A DNA stretch of 57,469 nucleotides from Cyanobacteria bacterium P01_A01_bin.123 (GCA_039815185.1 JBCBZT010000047.1:1-57469); one strand, 5' to 3'. Shown: positions 37,830-48,546, counted from the first letter of the stretch. The notes: a model not told the origin generated them from the letters alone. Translations and numbers: made by a program.

Positions 37830-38716
37830 GCTTAGCCTCTGTGAACGGATTTACACCCCCTATGGATCAGGTCTCTGCTTCGTCTCAGTTGTCAATTCGC
37901 AATGTGACGAAGGTCTTCCGTGGCAAAAAGGGCTTATTTAATAAGCTCTCAGGCAAAACCAGCCGAGACTTTATCGCTATCGAAGACATCAGCATGGAGA
38001 TTCAGCCCAACACCTTTGTGTCCATCATTGGGCCATCGGGCTGTGGCAAATCAACCCTGCTCAACATGATTGCCGGGCTGACTTCGATTACCAGTGGCGA
38101 AGTTTTGCTAAATGGGTTGCCGATCATCGGCCCGGGCCCAGACCGAGGCATGGTATTCCAAAACTACGCCCTCATGCCCTGGATGACGGTGGAAGAAAAC
38201 ATCCGCTTTGCGGTTGAGACCGTCCATCCCAAGATGCCAGCTAAGGCAATGGGCCGATTGATTAAAGAGAACATCCAGCTTGTCGGATTAGAAGGTGCTG
38301 AGCAAAAGCATCCCCATGAACTCTCGGGCGGTATGCGCCAGCGGGTCGGCATCGCCCGTGCCCTGGCTATTAACCCCCAGATTTTACTGATGGATGAACC
38401 TTTCGGTGCCCTGGACGCGCTGACACGCGGGTTCTTACAGGAGGAAATCGAGCGCATTTGGGAACAGCAGCGCAAGACCGTAATCATGATTACCCACAGC
38501 ATTGACGAAGCACTGCTGTTGTCAGACCGCATCGTCATGATGACTCGAGGCCCCGCCGCACGCGTAGACGAGATTCTGGAGGTGCCTTTCCCCCGGCCCC
38601 GGAATCGAGAAACTATCGAACAGCACCCGGCTTACCACGGCCTTAAAGCAGAGATGGAAAGCCACCTGTTTAGAGAAACCCGTGCCGTTGAGGCAGCCAG
38701 GATTAGGGGGAAGTAG
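37826..38716 (+). CDS. cynD: Cyanate ABC ATPase (NrtD family)
   Basis: GPSGCGKST, PGPDRGMVFQNY, LSGGMRQR, DEPFGALDALTR. Confidence 0.85.
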   Translation: MSLASVNGFTPPMDQVSASSQLSIRNVTKVFRGKKGLFNKLSGKTSRDFIAIEDISMEIQPNTFVSIIGPSGCGKSTLLNMIAGLTSITSGEVLLNGLPIIGPGPDRGMVFQNYALMPWMTVEENIRFAVETVHPKMPAKAMGRLIKENIQLVGLEGAEQKHPHELSGGMRQRVGIARALAINPQILLMDEPFGALDALTRGFLQEEIERIWEQQRKTVIMITHSIDEALLLSDRIVMMTRGPAARVDEILEVPFPRPRNRETIEQHPAYHGLKAEMESHLFRETRAVEAARIRGK

Positions 38717-38752
38717 TTGAGTTTGACTGACAATACCTAAGAGGATTTAAAC

Positions 38753-39196
38753 ATGGCAATTCCAGAAATCACTGAGAAGCTCTTGGCCGCTAAAAAGGCA
38801 GCGGGGTTAACCTTTGCTGATTTAGAAGCCAAAGTGGGCTGCGACGAGGTGTGGATTGCATCGGTTTTTTATCGCCAGGCCAGTGCTTCGACCGAAGAGG
38901 CCACCAAGATTGTGGAAGCGATTGGAGCAGACGCTTCGTTGATTGAGGCGCTAACTGAGTGTCCCGTGAAGGGTTCCCTAGAGCCTGTGATCCCAACGGA
39001 TCCGCTGATCTACCGCTTCTACGAGATCATGCAAGTCTACGGGATGCCGATCAAGACGGTTGTGCATGAGAAGTTTGGCGACGGCATTATGAGCGCTATC
39101 GACTTCACCATTGATGTTGAGAAGGAAGAAGACCCCAAGGGCGATCGCGTCAAAATCATCATGTGCGGTAAATTCCTGCCGTATAAGAAGTGGTAG
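38753..39196 (+). CDS. cynS: Cyanate hydratase (cyanase)
   Basis: [29 protein letters not shown]...GKFLPY. Confidence 0.97.
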   Translation: MAIPEITEKLLAAKKAAGLTFADLEAKVGCDEVWIASVFYRQASASTEEATKIVEAIGADASLIEALTECPVKGSLEPVIPTDPLIYRFYEIMQVYGMPIKTVVHEKFGDGIMSAIDFTIDVEKEEDPKGDRVKIIMCGKFLPYKKW

Positions 39197-39226
39197 CGTC
39201 GTCCTGCCATAGTTCCTCCACGTTCA

Positions 39227-39320
39227 AGATTGCTTAACGCACTAAGTATCTCTGGGATGCTCAGCACATAAGCAATCTGGCTCGCCGTAGCCCACAAAGC
39301 TTTGTGGCTACGGCTATATC
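39227..39320. repeat. 94-bp two-hairpin dispersed repeat, copy 1
   Basis: Ungapped match of 78/94 nt (hand count) to 48696-48789. Confidence 0.9.
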
Positions 39321-39347
39321 GGCCATTTACCAGACTGAAGCATACCT

Positions 39348-39818
39348 ATGACTGCGAAAAAGTTAGTACCGCCGTTTGATCGGGACATCGCGATCGCGAA
39401 AGTTCGCATGGCCGAAGACGCCTGGAATAGCCGCGACCCTGAGCGAGTTTCGATGGCTTACACCGAAGACAGCCACTGGCGCAACCGGGCTGAAGTCTTC
39501 CAAGGACGGGAATTGATTCGCGCTTTCCTCCGTCGTAAGTGGGACAAAGAACTGGACTATCGCTTGGTCAAGGAAATGTGGGCCTTTGGCGAAAATCGCA
39601 TTGCGGTGCGCTTTCAGTATGAATGGCATGACGATGGTGGCCAGTGGTACCGGGCCTACGGCAACGAAAACTGGGAGTTTGACGAAAGCGGTCTAATGCG
39701 GCGGCGAGAAGCCAGCATTAACGACTTGCCAATTAAAGCTGAAGATCGTCGATTTGACTGGTCAGCCCCAGGCCCTAGACCGCAAGATCACCCAGGTTTG
39801 ATCAATTCCCCCGTGTAA
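39348..39818 (+). CDS. DUF1348 (SnoaL/NTF2-like) protein
   Basis: PPF...[56 protein letters not shown]. Confidence 0.92.
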   Translation: MTAKKLVPPFDRDIAIAKVRMAEDAWNSRDPERVSMAYTEDSHWRNRAEVFQGRELIRAFLRRKWDKELDYRLVKEMWAFGENRIAVRFQYEWHDDGGQWYRAYGNENWEFDESGLMRRREASINDLPIKAEDRRFDWSAPGPRPQDHPGLINSPV

Positions 39819-39881
39819 TCAGCCTGCGAGCTATCCTTTTCCTCCACAATAGAAAAATAGTGGATACAGATCAGGAAACTC

Positions 39882-41390
39882 ATGACAGTCGGCATTTGGG
39901 TATTGGGTGACCAGCTTTGGACCGGACAATCGGCTTTGGCGAGTCAAGCAGATCAAAAACAAAATACCCCTGTGATTTTGATCGAAGCGCTTGAGCACGT
40001 CCGGGCGCGTCCCTATCACCCGCAAAAGCTTGTGCTCGTATGGTCAGCCATGCGGCACTTTGCTGAAGAACTGCACCAAGCTGGGTGGTCTGTCACCTAT
40101 GAGCTGGCCGAGACCTTTCAGACCGCGCTGGAGGAATGGGTCAAGGTCAATGCCATCAATACTCTGGTAGTGATGACCCCCAGCGATCGCCCCTTTGCCC
40201 AATACCTCTCAACCCTTGATCTCCCTTGCCAGTTGACCCAAACCCCAAACAATCATTTCCTTTGGAGTACTGACGATTTTCACCAGTGGGCCAAAAAGCG
40301 CAAAAGCTTGCTGATGGAAAGCTTTTATCGCGAGGGTCGAAAACGATTCAATGTGCTGATGTCAGGCAAAGATCCGATCGGGGGCACGTGGAACTTAGAC
40401 AAAGAAAACCGTAAACCGCCCAAAGACGACCTCGCCACCCCAGAGCCTTGCTGGTTCACCGTTGACGACATCACCCAACAGGTGATCGAGCGGGTTCGAG
40501 GCCTAGAAATCCCAACCTTTGGCAACGTTGAAAACTTTGGCTGGGCAGTCACCCGAGATCAAGCCCTGCAAGTCCTCAACTATTTTGTCTCAGTCCGGCT
40601 ACCCACCTTTGGCCCCTATCAAGACGCCATGGTCACCGGAGAAGACACGATGTGGCATGCGCTGCTATCGCCTTATCTTAATCTGGGCTTGCTGCAACCC
40701 CTGGAAGTCATTGGGGCTGTAGAGGACGCCTATCACCAGCAAGATCTGCCCCTTAATAGCGTAGAGGGCTTTATCCGCCAGGTGTTAGGCTGGCGGGAAT
40801 ACATGCGGGGGCTCTACACCTACGTTGATGAAGACTATCCCCAACGAAACTATTTTGATCACACCCAACCACTACCTGAGTTTTTCTGGACAGCAGAAAC
40901 AGAGATGAACTGCTTACATCAAGTGATTGATCAGGTGCAGCGCACGGGCTATGCCCATCACATCCAGCGGCTGATGATTCTAAGCAATTTTTCGCTAATT
41001 GCCGGCTTATCGCCCCAGGCAGTCGAAAACTGGTTTCATGCTGCGTTTATCGATGCCTACGACTGGGTGATGCAAACCAACGTGCTGGGCATGGGGCTGT
41101 TTGCCGATGGTGGTGTGCTGGCGTCTAAACCGTACGCTGCCTCAGCAAACTATGTGAATCGGATGAGCGACTATTGCCAGGGATGTCGCTATAATCCCCG
41201 CGATCGCGTGGGAGAAAACGCTTGCCCCTTCAATTTTTTCTACTGGGACTTTATGGATCGCCACCGCGACAAACTGCAAACCCAAGGCAGAATGAGCTTT
41301 TTGCTCAAAAATTTAGACAAAATGGACGCAACAGATCTGAACCGAATTCGGCAGCAAGCCACAGAGTGGCATCAACAACAGTCGTCTTAG
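39882..41390 (+). CDS. FeS-cluster bacterial cryptochrome/(6-4) photolyase (FeS-BCP, PhrB-like)
   Basis: LGDQL, HPQKL...SAMRHFA, FGPYQDAM, GYAHHIQRLM, and four Cys (MNCL, DYCQGC, ACPF). Confidence 0.9.
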   Translation: MTVGIWVLGDQLWTGQSALASQADQKQNTPVILIEALEHVRARPYHPQKLVLVWSAMRHFAEELHQAGWSVTYELAETFQTALEEWVKVNAINTLVVMTPSDRPFAQYLSTLDLPCQLTQTPNNHFLWSTDDFHQWAKKRKSLLMESFYREGRKRFNVLMSGKDPIGGTWNLDKENRKPPKDDLATPEPCWFTVDDITQQVIERVRGLEIPTFGNVENFGWAVTRDQALQVLNYFVSVRLPTFGPYQDAMVTGEDTMWHALLSPYLNLGLLQPLEVIGAVEDAYHQQDLPLNSVEGFIRQVLGWREYMRGLYTYVDEDYPQRNYFDHTQPLPEFFWTAETEMNCLHQVIDQVQRTGYAHHIQRLMILSNFSLIAGLSPQAVENWFHAAFIDAYDWVMQTNVLGMGLFADGGVLASKPYAASANYVNRMSDYCQGCRYNPRDRVGENACPFNFFYWDFMDRHRDKLQTQGRMSFLLKNLDKMDATDLNRIRQQATEWHQQQSS

Positions 41391-41596
41391 CAGCGTTTAT
41401 GGGCTTAACCCGTTGCATCAGGAAATGTAACAACTCTCGGTGTACACCAGCAGACCCCAGTTGAGACACCCGTATTTTCAGGTAGAGTCATATGTTATTT
41501 AGCGAAACTTGCGTATGTTAACGATTCCAGGCAACCTGAGAATCCCCTAAACTCGGTAAGGCAAATACTTAATTTTATGGATAGGTCAGTCAACTC

Positions 41597-43435
41597 ATGC
41601 GCTTTCTCTCGTGGCAGGGACCTAAAAATCTACCGCTGCGTTGGGTACTCATCGTCCCCTTCGTGATCGAGATCTTCTTGAGTGTAGGTCTGGTGGGTTG
41701 GCTTTCCTTTCGCCACGGTCAAAAATCTGCCAATACGCTGGCTAATGACCTCAGCCAAGAGGTCGCCCTCAGCATCGAAAAACACATATTAGACTTTGCC
41801 GATACCCACCATTTGTTTTTGCAGATTAACGCGGCAGCAATTCGCACTCAAAATCTGCGAACCGAAAACTTTGATCAGCTAGAACAGTACTTCTGGGAAC
41901 AGGTTCAGCTAACAGAAACCGTCGCAGCCCTTTACTTTGCCGATCGCGACGGTGACTTTGTCTTAGTCACTGTGGATGAAGAACCCCAGGTTTACATTCG
42001 AGATCAGAGCACGGCTCCTTGGCGTCACATCTACAGGTTAGACGAGTCTGGCAACCGGGCTAACTTGATTAAAACGCAAGCTTATGAGCCCCGTGAACGT
42101 CCTTGGTATCTGGCGGCGGCTGCCTATCGTGATGCCACCTGGTCTGAGATTTATACCTTTGCCGCTCGCCCGGTATTGGGAATTACACCGGCACTGCCGA
42201 TCTACGATGACGACGGCACCCTGCAAGGGGTCTTAGCAGCAGATATCACCCTGCGCCAAATCAGCCAGTTTTTGCAGGGCTTAGACATTGGCAAAACTGG
42301 AGAGGCGTTCATTATCGAGCGCTCTGGTCACTTGGTGGCGAGTTCTTCCCTTGAAACCCCCTTGATAGCGGTTGAAGTCTCTGCCAATCGTCGACTGGCT
42401 GTACAAAGTCATACCGATAGCATTAGCGATACGGCTGCTTTTGTCAGACAACACTTTGGTGGATTCGATCAGATTCAATCCCCCCAGCGTTTAGTCGCTT
42501 ACTTTGATGGGGTTAAACATTTCGTGCAGGTGGTGCCGATTCAAGACGAACGCGGGCTGGACTGGTTGATGGTGGTCGTGATTCCAGTGACTGATTTTAT
42601 GGATACGGTCAATGCGAACGCCCAATCTTCCTTGATTTTGGGGGCGATCGCGATCGCCATTGCCATCGGCTCAACCATTCTGATTACCTACTGGATCACC
42701 AAACCCGTACTGATCGTCGGGAAAGCCGCCCAAGCGATCGCCGCAGGCGAACTCGATCAGCACGTTCCTGTAGACTGCGTAGCCGAAATCAATCAGTTGA
42801 TTGGGTCATTCAACGACATGTCGAGCCAACTGAAAAGCTCGTTTACCGCCTTAGCCCAAGCTAACCAAACCTTAGAGAGCCAGGTTGAACAACGCACGGC
42901 TCAGCTACAAACATTGGCGCTGACCGATAGCTTGACCCAAGTCTTCAACCGTCGGGGTTTCGACTTTTTCTTGCACAGCACTTGGGAAGACCATGGCCAG
43001 ACTCAGCAACCCTTAAGTCTCATTTTTTGCGATGTAGACTATTTCAAAGCCTACAACGATACCTACGGTCATGTCGCTGGGGATGAATGTTTAAAGGCAA
43101 TCGCTGCAACTTTGAGTCAAAAGGTGAGGCTCTCTTCTACCCTAGTCGCCCGATACGGCGGTGAAGAATTTGTGATTGTACTCCCCAATACCCCAGCAAC
43201 TGATGCAATCCAGATTGCAGAACGGCTCCGAACCAAAATTATTCAAATGGCGATTCCCCATAGCGCCTCACCCGAAGGATATATCACCGCCAGCTTTGGT
43301 ATCGCCAGCCAAATCCCCAACGCTAGCAGCAGCCCCGTTAATCTGGTGAGGGAAGCGGACAACGCCCTCTACACCGCAAAACATCGAGGCCGGAATCAAA
43401 TTGTGGGTGCAACAGTAGAGACATCATATACCTGA
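41597..43435 (+). CDS. Diguanylate cyclase (TM-dCache-TM-HAMP-GGDEF)
   Basis: TDSLTQVFNRR, DVDYFKAYNDTYGHVAGD, ARYGGEEF, AKHRGRN. Confidence 0.93.
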   Translation: MRFLSWQGPKNLPLRWVLIVPFVIEIFLSVGLVGWLSFRHGQKSANTLANDLSQEVALSIEKHILDFADTHHLFLQINAAAIRTQNLRTENFDQLEQYFWEQVQLTETVAALYFADRDGDFVLVTVDEEPQVYIRDQSTAPWRHIYRLDESGNRANLIKTQAYEPRERPWYLAAAAYRDATWSEIYTFAARPVLGITPALPIYDDDGTLQGVLAADITLRQISQFLQGLDIGKTGEAFIIERSGHLVASSSLETPLIAVEVSANRRLAVQSHTDSISDTAAFVRQHFGGFDQIQSPQRLVAYFDGVKHFVQVVPIQDERGLDWLMVVVIPVTDFMDTVNANAQSSLILGAIAIAIAIGSTILITYWITKPVLIVGKAAQAIAAGELDQHVPVDCVAEINQLIGSFNDMSSQLKSSFTALAQANQTLESQVEQRTAQLQTLALTDSLTQVFNRRGFDFFLHSTWEDHGQTQQPLSLIFCDVDYFKAYNDTYGHVAGDECLKAIAATLSQKVRLSSTLVARYGGEEFVIVLPNTPATDAIQIAERLRTKIIQMAIPHSASPEGYITASFGIASQIPNASSSPVNLVREADNALYTAKHRGRNQIVGATVETSYT

Positions 43436-43487
43436 AGGAAATGACACACCACGCTAGGAAGACAGCGAAGCTGCACCTCATAAATAT

Positions 43488-43520
43488 GCATTGCATCTTC
43501 AAGATTTAAAGATGCAATGC
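43488..43520. terminator. Inverted repeat after the diguanylate cyclase
   Basis: GCATTGCATCTT pairs with AAGATGCAATGC in a perfect 12-bp stem. Confidence 0.5.
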
Positions 43521-43593
43521 CTCTAAAGTTGACGGAAACATGAAACGGGTCTGAAATTAATTAAAACGGTTAGCCGCCCCCAGCAATCTGTGA

Positions 43594-46500
43594 TTGATGA
43601 ACCTATCCCTGCGATCGCTACTCCTGATTCCGTTTGTACTACAAGTGGTTGGCATTACCGCTGTCATCGGTTACTTGTCCCACCGCAGTGGGCAACAAGC
43701 CGTTGAAGATTTGGCCCAACAGTTAATGAGCGAAACGGGCGATCGGATCACGCTCAAATTAGACAATTTTCTCAGTCGGCCCCATCAGGTCAATCAGATG
43801 CATATTTCTGCTCTGGAGTCTGGGGCAATTAGTCTACAAAATCTCGATCAACTCCATCGCTATCTGATTCAGCAACTTCCCAACCATCCCGAAACCACGA
43901 CATTTCTATTGGGCACCCCCCAAGGAGAGTTTCGGCTGATCCATCGAGTCAGCCCTAATGAGTTTGAAGATGGTGTCACTCGCCTAGCAGCCAGTGATTT
44001 ACCCTTTGAGGCAGGCGTTTCTATCCCCAGCGATCCCTCTCAAGTGGAGGTCTACAGCATCGATGAGGCCGGGAATCCGATGCGGCGCATTGAAATCACT
44101 CAAAATGTAGATGTCCGCGATCGCCCCTGGTATCAGCTTGCAGTCAACACACAACAGTCAGGTTGGAGCGAGCCATTCCAGATCGGTGCCAGCAATTTGC
44201 TTAGCCTGAATGCCTATGCGCCATTTTTTGATGACGCCCAGCAGTTGCAGGGCGTCTTTTCGGTCAACATCAGCCTCAATCAACTGAATGATTTCCTAGA
44301 AACCCTAAACATTGGCGAAACCGGGCAAGTTTTCATCATTGATGCCAAGGGGCTATTAATCGCAAACTCGGCTGGAGAAGCATCTTACACCACCTCAGTT
44401 GAAGCTTATGGCAGTGATGTTACAACCCCCGGCGGAGAGTTTAACCAATTGGCGGCTGATGAGAGTTCAAACGCCCTAATTTTGGCCGGGAACAAAGCGC
44501 TAGAAGACAAAATTGACCTGAACCAGATAGATTCCCTAGAACCAACACTCCTGACTTTTACAACTGACAGCGATCGCCACTTTCTCTACATCGTTCCCTA
44601 CCAGGATGACTATGGTCTAGATTTGCTGATTGCCGCAGTTGTCCCCCAGTCCGACTTTACAGGCGCAATCCAAGCGAATTTTCAGCGCACTGTGATGCTT
44701 TGCGGATTAGCCTTTCTGGGGTCTATTAGCTTTGGTCTATGGGTCGTTCGCCGCTTAACACGCCCCTTACAACATCTGAGTCAGGCAGCCCAGATATACG
44801 CCACCGGAGGCATTCCACCCCGTGCCATTAAAACAGGGATACGGGAAGTCGATGGACTCGGACGGGCCTTCGAGCAAATGATGACGGAACTGAATACTCG
44901 AAAGCATGAAGCAGCAAGATTCCACGCCAACTACAAACAGACATTAGAGCAAAAGGTAGCCGAGCAAACTGAGACACTCACCGACACAGCCACCAAACTT
45001 AAAGCAGCCCAACGGATTGCCCAGGTTGGCAGTTGGGAATTAGACGTCGTAACGGGGCAGGTGACTTGGTCAGAGGAACTGTTTCGTATTTTAGGGCACA
45101 CGCCTAATCAACCCGAACCCACCTATCTTGAAATCCTTGACATCTGTCATCCAGCCGATCAGGACACAATACGCCAAGCAGTCGAGGCAGCGATCGCCCA
45201 CGGCACTCCCTACGAAATAGAACATCGTATTATTCGTCCTGATGGCACCATTCGCTATCTCGTGAGCCGAGGAGAAGCCATCTGCAATGACCAAAGCCAG
45301 GTGATAAAGCTAGCCGGAACCGTGGCTGATATTAGTGCATATAAACAGATTGAAATCATGCTGCGGCGGTATGAGCGAATTGTCTCAGCGACGGCTGATG
45401 GTATCTCATTGATTGATCGCAACTACACCTATCAGGTTGTTAACCAAACCTATCTCGACAGAACAGGCAAATCCCGTCATGAAATTGTTGGGCACTCCGT
45501 TGAAAATTTGCATGGAGAAGCAGTTTTTCAATCACAGATTAAACCCAAACTCGACCAGTGTTTATCGGGTGAGGTGATTCAATACGAAGACTGGTTTGAT
45601 TATGCCGGGTTTGGGCAACGATTTGTCAGCGTTAACTATGCGCCCTATCGTGACCTAGATGGCACCATTTCTGGGGTAATCGTCAGCACACACGATATTA
45701 CCGAACGCAAACAAATTGAAGACGCAATCCAACGACAAGAAGAACAGCTACGATTGCTCACAGATAGCTTACCTGCATTCATTGCCTACGAAAGTACAGA
45801 ACAACGCTATCAATTTGTCAATAAGAACTACGAAACCTACTTCGGAAAAACCCGTGAAGAAATTTGTGGTATGCAGGTTCGTGAGCTGATTGGGGAGGCA
45901 AACTACGCCGTAGCTCGTCCTTGGATTGAACGAGCATTATCAGGTGAAGCGGTTAGCTATGAGCTCACTCCAAACCCCCACCACAGAGAACTCCATCTTT
46001 CAGTTAACCTGATTCCTGATCGCGATGCCAATGGATCCATTAGAGGTTTTTACAGCCTAATTATTGACATTAGCGATCGCAAACGGATTGAACTTGAATT
46101 ACAACAAGCCAAAGAAGCCGCTGAAGCAGCAAATCAGGCTAAAAGCCGATTCATTGCCAATATTAGTCACGAACTGCGATCGCCCCTAAACGCCATCCTT
46201 GGCCTTGCGCGTATCCTCAAAGAGGAGCCTAATCTATCCAAAGAGCACCAAGAACACACGCGAATTATTGAGCAAAGTGGGGAATATCTACTCACCATCA
46301 TTAATCAGGTTCTAGATCTCGCCAAGATTGAATATAACCAAGCCACCTTCAACCCTACCCAGGTTGATCTTTGGAGCTTGCTGACCAACCTAAAGAATCT
46401 ATTCTCCCTCAAAGCCAAAGCTAAAGGTCTTGACTTCACGGTTGATCACGATCCAGCTCTCCCTCGCTACGTTTTTACCGATGACATGAAGCTCCGGCAG

Positions 46501-47310
46501 GTGTTAATTAACCTCCTCGATAACGCCTTTAAATTTACCGAACAGGGGCAAATCACGGTAACTGCAACAAGGGTGTCCACTGTCGAGACTCAACCCCTGC
46601 GGCTTCAGTTTTCAGTTGCAGATACAGGCCCTGGTATCGCAGCTGAAGAACAAACTCTTTTGTTTCAACGTTTTAGCCAGACCCAATCTGGTCAAAGCAA
46701 GCAAAGCGGGACTGGTCTTGGACTCGCCATTAGTCAGGAGTTTGTACAGCTCATGGGCAGCAACCTCACGGTCAACAGCTCATTAGAGAACGGCAGTATC
46801 TTTCAATTTGAAGTTACAGCCCCCAAAATCGAGCCAGATATATCATTAGAGAAAACCCACCCCAATAAAGTGATTGGCCTTAAATCTGGCCAACCTGCTT
46901 ATCGGCTCTTGATCGTAGATGACAGCCTTGTCAATCGTCGGATTATCATCCGCATACTCTCGATACTCAATTTAGACATCAAGCAAGCCGAGAATGGTCA
47001 AGAAGCATTAGAACTTTGGCAAAGCTGGCTTCCTCACGGAATACTGATGGATTTACGAATGCCCCTCATCGATGGCTACGAGGCAACTCGGCAAATTCGA
47101 CAACAGGAAACGTACAGCTCTACGCACACTCAAACCGTCATTATTGCAGTTTCTGCAACAGTGCCAGAGACAGGCACACAACAACTGCTTCAGCTGAACT
47201 CAGATTTTGATGGCTATATATCAAAGCCCATCAAACCCAACGATATTTTTGACGCACTCCACCACTTGCTGGGGCTCGAGTACCGCTATAGCAATTCTCC
47301 ATCACTCTGA
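43594..47310 (+). CDS. Hybrid histidine kinase (dCache-HAMP-3xPAS-HisKA-HATPase-REC)
   Basis: SHELRSPLNAI, NAFKFT, DTGPGI, GTGLGL, and a receiver domain (IVDD, LMDLRMP, SKP). Confidence 0.93.
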   Translation: MMNLSLRSLLLIPFVLQVVGITAVIGYLSHRSGQQAVEDLAQQLMSETGDRITLKLDNFLSRPHQVNQMHISALESGAISLQNLDQLHRYLIQQLPNHPETTTFLLGTPQGEFRLIHRVSPNEFEDGVTRLAASDLPFEAGVSIPSDPSQVEVYSIDEAGNPMRRIEITQNVDVRDRPWYQLAVNTQQSGWSEPFQIGASNLLSLNAYAPFFDDAQQLQGVFSVNISLNQLNDFLETLNIGETGQVFIIDAKGLLIANSAGEASYTTSVEAYGSDVTTPGGEFNQLAADESSNALILAGNKALEDKIDLNQIDSLEPTLLTFTTDSDRHFLYIVPYQDDYGLDLLIAAVVPQSDFTGAIQANFQRTVMLCGLAFLGSISFGLWVVRRLTRPLQHLSQAAQIYATGGIPPRAIKTGIREVDGLGRAFEQMMTELNTRKHEAARFHANYKQTLEQKVAEQTETLTDTATKLKAAQRIAQVGSWELDVVTGQVTWSEELFRILGHTPNQPEPTYLEILDICHPADQDTIRQAVEAAIAHGTPYEIEHRIIRPDGTIRYLVSRGEAICNDQSQVIKLAGTVADISAYKQIEIMLRRYERIVSATADGISLIDRNYTYQVVNQTYLDRTGKSRHEIVGHSVENLHGEAVFQSQIKPKLDQCLSGEVIQYEDWFDYAGFGQRFVSVNYAPYRDLDGTISGVIVSTHDITERKQIEDAIQRQEEQLRLLTDSLPAFIAYESTEQRYQFVNKNYETYFGKTREEICGMQVRELIGEANYAVARPWIERALSGEAVSYELTPNPHHRELHLSVNLIPDRDANGSIRGFYSLIIDISDRKRIELELQQAKEAAEAANQAKSRFIANISHELRSPLNAILGLARILKEEPNLSKEHQEHTRIIEQSGEYLLTIINQVLDLAKIEYNQATFNPTQVDLWSLLTNLKNLFSLKAKAKGLDFTVDHDPALPRYVFTDDMKLRQVLINLLDNAFKFTEQGQITVTATRVSTVETQPLRLQFSVADTGPGIAAEEQTLLFQRFSQTQSGQSKQSGTGLGLAISQEFVQLMGSNLTVNSSLENGSIFQFEVTAPKIEPDISLEKTHPNKVIGLKSGQPAYRLLIVDDSLVNRRIIIRILSILNLDIKQAENGQEALELWQSWLPHGILMDLRMPLIDGYEATRQIRQQETYSSTHTQTVIIAVSATVPETGTQQLLQLNSDFDGYISKPIKPNDIFDALHHLLGLEYRYSNSPSL

Positions 47311-47313
47311 AAC

Positions 47314-47342
47314 AAAGCAAGAGGCCTGAAGCCCCTTGCTTT
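47314..47342. terminator. Bidirectional intrinsic terminator between convergent genes
   Basis: AAAGCAAGAGGC-ctgaa-GCCCCTTGCTTT. Confidence 0.65.
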
Positions 47343-47415
47343 TCCAAACGCATACAGATTATTGATGTTATGGAACATCAACTGGCCTATCTCAAACACC
47401 GACAAGCAAGTCGTC

Positions 47416-48546
47416 TCAAACCTCAGATCGGAAAGCGAAATCTGTAAACCCTAATTCTGAGCTAGAGAACCAGCGGTTAGAGGCTTCGCGGAATTCCTTC
47501 CAGGCGGTGTAGATCTTGTTATAGGAAGAATCAGCAGCAGCGAGTTCTTCATACAGTTCAAAGGCAGCGGATTGAGCCGCGGCCATAACCTCATCAGGGA
47601 AACGCTTGAGTTCAGTCCCTTGCTCTAATAAGGCTGCCAGGGCACCGGGATTGCGCGCATCATAGCGGGCCATAATAATCGCATGGGTTTCTGCCGCTGC
47701 CGTTTTTAGCGCTTGCTGATAGTTGGCGGGTAAATCGTTCCAGGCATCTAGATTGAAGTAGAAAGAATACTGGGATCCTGGCTCCCACCAACCCGGATAG
47801 TAATAGAATTGCGCCGCTTTGTTTAACCCCAGCTTTTCGTCATCATAGGGGCCAACCCACTCAGCGGCATCAATAGTACCTAGTTGTAACGCCTGGAAAA
47901 TTTCGCCCCCAGCTAAGTTCTGCACATTTACCCCCAGCCGTTCAAGCACAGAACCACCCAATCCAGGAATGCGCATATTCGTACCGCTCAAATCGGCTAC
48001 GGTGCCAATTTCTTTGTTCCACCAGCCGCCCATCTGCGCCCCGGTGCTTCCCCCAGGAAAGCAAATAATGTTGAAATCCGACAACAGTTCATGCACCAGA
48101 TCCAAGCCGCCGCCCTCGTAGAGCCATGCTGTTTGCTGGCGATAGTTAAAGCCAAAGGGCACTGCTGTATCGAAGGCCAGAGCCTCATTCTTACCTCGAT
48201 AATAGTAAGAGTTAGTATGTCCGGCCTGAACAGTACCTTGCTGCACAGCATCTAACACCTCTAGTCCAGGCACCAATTCCCCAGCTGCCGAGAGGGTAAT
48301 TTGGAAGTTGCCGTTGGTCAGTTCGTTGATTCGCTCAACAAAGACTTCACTACCCCCATAAACCGTATCAAGGCTTGGGGTATAGCTAGAGGCCATGCGC
48401 CATTCAACACTTTGACTCTCATCAGTTTGTACCACGGGGCCACTACTACTGCTGGGCTGCTCCTGGGCGCAAGCTGCTAACCCAGCGGTAGTTGCTGCAC
48501 CCAGGGCTGCTCCTGTTACAAATTTTCTACGTTTCATAAGCACCAT
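47416..48546 (-). CDS. dctP: TRAP transporter solute-binding lipoprotein (DctP/TakP-like, Tat signal)
   Basis: KRRKFV Tat motif, LAAC lipobox, QMGGWW.KEI, MRIPGLGG, EWVGPYDDEKLG, YYYPGWWEPG. Confidence 0.9.
   Translation of the reverse strand: MVLMKRRKFVTGAALGAATTAGLAACAQEQPSSSSGPVVQTDESQSVEWRMASSYTPSLDTVYGGSEVFVERINELTNGNFQITLSAAGELVPGLEVLDAVQQGTVQAGHTNSYYYRGKNEALAFDTAVPFGFNYRQQTAWLYEGGGLDLVHELLSDFNIICFPGGSTGAQMGGWWNKEIGTVADLSGTNMRIPGLGGSVLERLGVNVQNLAGGEIFQALQLGTIDAAEWVGPYDDEKLGLNKAAQFYYYPGWWEPGSQYSFYFNLDAWNDLPANYQQALKTAAAETHAIIMARYDARNPGALAALLEQGTELKRFPDEVMAAAQSAAFELYEELAAADSSYNKIYTAWKEFREASNRWFSSSELGFTDFAFRSEV

Noticed and set aside
35270..38716. Calling the second ABC system nrtABD or cmpABD
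   Set aside because: There is no NrtC/CmpC-type long ATPase and no nirA or narB, and the genes are directly linked to cynS.
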